A DNA stretch of 49,530 bases, counting the filler, from Catajapyx aquilonaris (taxonomy: Eukaryota): the NCBI GenBank assembly GCA_000934665.2. It is 3 parts of 3 records of this genome, joined end to end, with 100 filler letters (N's around TTAATTAATTAA, not from the genome) between each part and the next. Parts side by side here need not be neighbours in the genome. Positions count along the whole stretch, not along the records: positions 33,096 to 49,530 come from JYFJ02007203.1; 2 more parts are not named here. One strand, written 5' to 3'. Position 1 is the stretch's first letter, and every line of letters begins with the position of its first letter. The notes beneath the pieces were generated by a model, which ran no database searches, had not been told where the DNA came from, and saw only the letters and a list, made by a program, of their open reading frames with translations. The translations under genes were made by a program, and so were the position numbers. This document shows, in pieces, positions 47,301 to 49,530 of this stretch.

Positions 47301-48515
47301 AGTGAAAATTTCACAAGTTGGTGAGGAAATTATTATGTGCACATGCTCTACATCCAGCAATGTTTCAGCTATATACAGTATATAAAAACTTTGCCTCCCC
47401 CTATTCATATCTTCTTGTTGAAGGAACAAAGCCATGGCACACTGAATTAGGTACCAACTACACGTACCTAATCGCATTACTCGACCAAGGGAAAATCTCC
47501 ATCCGCGCAATTGTTGGCAGCCTATTTTATTCATGGAGTTTCCTCTCGAAATTACATTTTTTTTATACAAATATTCTCTCCTCTCTCAACATTTTTGCAT
47601 CCGATTTACAAGCCGTGTCGCGGATGGCTGCCTTTCAAAATGCGACTTTGCTGGCACATTAAGCCCGTTCACATGGGACAATTTCTACTTTTCGACAGAG
47701 GCCACCGCTTAATTTTTGGATGATATTATTATCATCGTGAGAACAGCCTTTCCTATATGCATAACTCGACTGATTATTTTTTTGTAGTTAAAAAAAACCT
47801 TATTATAATGTCACACACACTGTTGGTTGTGCCTTCAATAAACCTAAACCAAAAACCTGACAGTGGACTCCAATTTCTGCATGACGTTGTAACATAACAC
47901 TCTTGTAGTACTTGGCACTTATTTTTCCCCCCTTCGTGCTCTGCTCTGGTCCAATAAAAGCTGGAGTAGAAAATATTTATTCGCGAGTTAGCTCGCGGAC
48001 ACTTCTGAAAATTCAATAACTCTTCACCTACCGGGGTTCCACCTAATAAGGAACCCAGATTGCAAATTTATAAAACGACCCGTATCGCCTCGCAATTTGA
48101 TTACGATAACACCCTCTCCATCTTTCCTAATTTGCGCAGGGATCAATATAATATACCACCCCACTCTGAAAATGCACAGCACCTCAGAGAGAGCGAGGTT
48201 ATTTTCCTTTCACTTCCGATATTATTAAAAAGCCTCGAGGCTACTTGGCATAATAAGGGGGACGCCCCTGAGGAAAAATTTCTTAATCGATATTAATAAT
48301 AAGGCACATATTATAGACTTACCCCTGTATGTGATGTCAGGCACGTAGTGTGTCGGGTATCCCTGAATTATGATATCGTAACCATTGTCTCCTGGAGTCT
48401 TCGGTACCGCCACACCTTCAGGATGACGGACGCAAAGAGGGCTGTTGACCTGACCCCAAACGGAGGTCAAGTTCAGGAACAGCAGCCATGCTAAGCTGAA
48501 TATATTTTGCCTCAT
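35210..48515 (-). CDS. spon1: F-spondin / spondin-1-like extracellular matrix protein, full spliced CDS
   Basis: Twelve phase-consistent exons total 2667 nt (888 aa; 930 aa with the probable 36438-36563 exon). Domain order: signal peptide, Reeler, Spondin_N (PSPDWF, YPWDSGTD), 3 TSP1, Kunitz, 2 TSP1. Confidence 0.93.
35889..35961 (-). CDS. spon1: F-spondin exon (second half of a TSP1 repeat)
   Basis: VMPRNGGRECPKLHRLKKCRMPHC; acceptor ttgtag, donor gtgagt. Confidence 0.9.
36050..36201 (-). CDS. spon1: F-spondin exon (first half of a TSP1 repeat)
   Basis: NHSALLG...VDCEVDEWGAWSSCDVSCGKGYKQRYRSIK. Confidence 0.9.
36438..36563 (-). CDS. spon1: F-spondin probable post-Kunitz linker exon, symmetric phase 1-1
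   Basis: EKLEANRTAQLKKYGVSISGVLNYVLQDDSSLRVHPEKGLVC; strong ttttcag acceptor, weak gtacta donor. Confidence 0.6.
36679..36849 (-). CDS. spon1: F-spondin Kunitz/BPTI exon
   Basis: ICLQPVEIGPCRGYKKRWFFDAMTGKCADFIYGGCKGNQNNFMSEEDCQAAC: six Cys and the FxYGGCxGNxNNF motif. Confidence 0.93.
37126..37269 (-). CDS. spon1: F-spondin linker exon
   Basis: ECKKIMNNPHLDYAKRIEMEEECKRKMEQAERYQPGIDRPPTNIGQES; phase 1-1. Confidence 0.8.
37451..37884 (-). CDS. spon1: F-spondin exon (two TSP1 repeats with a Gly-rich spacer)
   Basis: WGQWSACSVTCGKGMRSRLR and WSHWSPCSPSCGRGEQERSR. Confidence 0.93.
37943..38117 (-). CDS. spon1: F-spondin exon (TSP1 repeat)
   Basis: ECAMSLWSDWSECSVTCGKGVKSRQR; donor gttagt, phase 2. 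Confidence 0.92.
38177..38590 (-). CDS. spon1: F-spondin exon (Spondin_N, C-terminal part)
   Basis: PSPDWFLGVAGVELCQQNCTW...YPWDSGTDGGLSY...SPFYD. Confidence 0.93.
38674..39004 (-). CDS. spon1: F-spondin exon (Spondin_N)
   Basis: VVLEGLWSLHTHPKDFP...IGASH...ASEGLKQFAEEG...IRTIIKARG...HHLMSLVS. Confidence 0.93.
39065..39209 (-). CDS. spon1: F-spondin exon (end of Reeler, start of Spondin_N)
   Basis: AMVMENKDMWYMDDDSLTKVLCD...CCACNEAKYE; requires a GC donor (GCAAGT). Confidence 0.9.
40754..41860 (+). pseudogene. Truncated THAP / P-element transposase
   Basis: MPGCCAVGCTNS....LFRFP (THAP start) fused to YLLTSRFSQDALESLFS; later ILYYLGGYVVRKV...CDSC in another frame. Central domains deleted. 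Confidence 0.85.
40948..41198. mobile_element. 251-bp MITE nested in the P element (AATT target, Sola1-like)
   Basis: 27-bp perfect TIRs GAAGGGCTTGGTGCAAGAAGGGGATAA, with AATT on both flanks. Removing it restores PVPSPVQFIHALKII. Confidence 0.85.
43074..43338 (-). CDS. spon1: F-spondin coding exon 2 (Reeler domain)
   Basis: VTLK...FAGFLLSVE...VGSFELLGD...RCPNSVTH...EVQVMWIAPPPGNGCVRFR. Confidence 0.93.
43372..43496 (-). mobile_element. 125-bp non-autonomous Helitron; a second 5' end extends to about 43685
   Basis: Minus strand: A|TCTTACATAATAAAGCAG... hairpin AGACCGT-GCGAAGA-ACGGTCT, then CCACTA-CTAG|T. Confidence 0.8.
43571..43610. repeat. (GATTGGCCGT)4 tandem repeat containing CCAAT boxes
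   Basis: Four exact 10-mers. Confidence 0.9.
48323..48515 (-). CDS. spon1: F-spondin first coding exon (signal peptide, start of Reeler)
   Basis: MRQNIFSLAWLLFLNLTSVWG...CVRHPEG...KTPGDNGY.I.I.G.P..YVP...YR; donor gtaagt. An acceptor 3 nt before the ATG implies an upstream 5' UTR exon. Confidence 0.92.
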
Positions 48516-48649
48516 GACCTGAGAGAAAAATTGGACCAAAATTATTAACAATTTATTAATTATCACGTGTAACTATTTTAATAAAACAATCGCTTCGCTC
48601 GCTTTTTATTAGGACGCAGGCCTAAAAAGCCACTCGTTTCGCTCGCTTT

Positions 48650-49015
48650 TTTCTAGTTCGTACTCGTCATAATTAATCAATTATAATTTTATAGTGTCTA
48701 GAGTCGTTTCTAGTTCTAATTATAATTTTTTCTAGTTACTCATGATAATTGATCAATTATATATTTTTTAGTTACTCATGATAATTAATCAATTATATAT
48801 TTTCTAGTTACTCGTGATAATTAATCAATTATATTTTTTCTAGTTACTCGTGATAATTAATCAATTATAATTTTCTCGTTTTAGAGCCGTTTCTAGTTCT
48901 AATTATAATTTTTCTAGTTACCCATGATAATTACTCAATTATAATTTTCTAGTTACCCGGGATAATTACTCAATTATAATTTTCTAGTTACACGTGATTA
49001 TTAATCAATTATAAT
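48650..49015. repeat. About 35-bp AT-rich minisatellite
   Basis: Repeats of TTTTCTAGTTACTC(A/G)TGATAATTAATCAATTATA, flanked by CGCTTCGCTCG-type motifs. Confidence 0.85.
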
Positions 49016-49530
49016 TCATTAATTATTACAACGTGTAGGCCTACCTAGAAAAAGGAGCGAAGTAGTCCGGTCGAGGAACCGAAACCCGTGCGTTTTTTGA
49101 GGGGACCTTTTTTTTATGATCGCAGATCATTTTTGACATCCTAAGGATGAAATTTAGCCTGGGAGCCATTTTTGTAATCTTGGCGTTTGGCCGCCATCTT
49201 GAATCCAAAATGGCCGCCGCCTCCTTTCACGTTTTTGCTTATAACTCCGCTGTGGTGCAGTTGAGAGCAATGTTCCCCTCTATAAAGGTTACAGAGAATT
49301 GTATGGCAGACAGTTAGGTGCCAAACATAACATCCTGGTGGTAGTAGTTCCAAAGTTACAGCCGGTTTTATGCGTGAAGACTGGAAAATTGAACAATTAC
49401 GATGCCCTTTTTTACTGATAACTTTGTTTTTGCTTACCGACGAAAGATTTTGTCGAAGCAAAAGTGTGAGAAAATGTAATTGCAAACATTTTCGTACCAA
49501 GACTGGCCTAATCGGATAATTAGGAGTGAA

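Noticed and set aside
5271..48515. Receptor-spondin gene cluster
   Set aside because: The genes lie on different contigs separated by artificial linkers.
48650..49015. CRISPR-like array
   Set aside because: The repeats are contiguous with no unique spacers, the context is eukaryotic and there are no cas genes.

Overview
Eukaryotic, most likely arthropod, genomic DNA. The window is not one locus: it is three pieces of about 16.4 kb (1-16439, 16540-32995, 33096-49530) joined by artificial 100-bp spacers (N44-TTAATTAATTAA-N44). Piece 1 carries two minus-strand exons (TM5 to TM7) of a tachykinin/natalisin receptor (TkR86C-like), a tRNA-Asn(GTT) gene and several small transposon remnants. Piece 2 has no host gene I can identify; it holds decayed Tc1, Helitron-helicase, LINE and probable intron-containing KDZ transposase remnants, many MITEs, a SINE-like element and a composite satellite. 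Piece 3 carries an apparently complete minus-strand F-spondin (spondin-1-like) coding sequence: signal peptide, Reeler, Spondin_N, 3 TSP1, Kunitz, 2 TSP1; 12 firm exons plus 1 probable exon; one GC-AG intron. Its second coding intron holds an internally deleted P-element (32-bp TIRs, 8-bp TSD) with a nested MITE inserted in frame. I found no convincing new biological system. The best leads are the P-element/MITE chimeric ORF, the spliced KDZ remnant, a chain of small unexplained exons below the spondin gene, and Helitrons carrying regulatory motifs. All homology calls come from motif recognition, not database searches.
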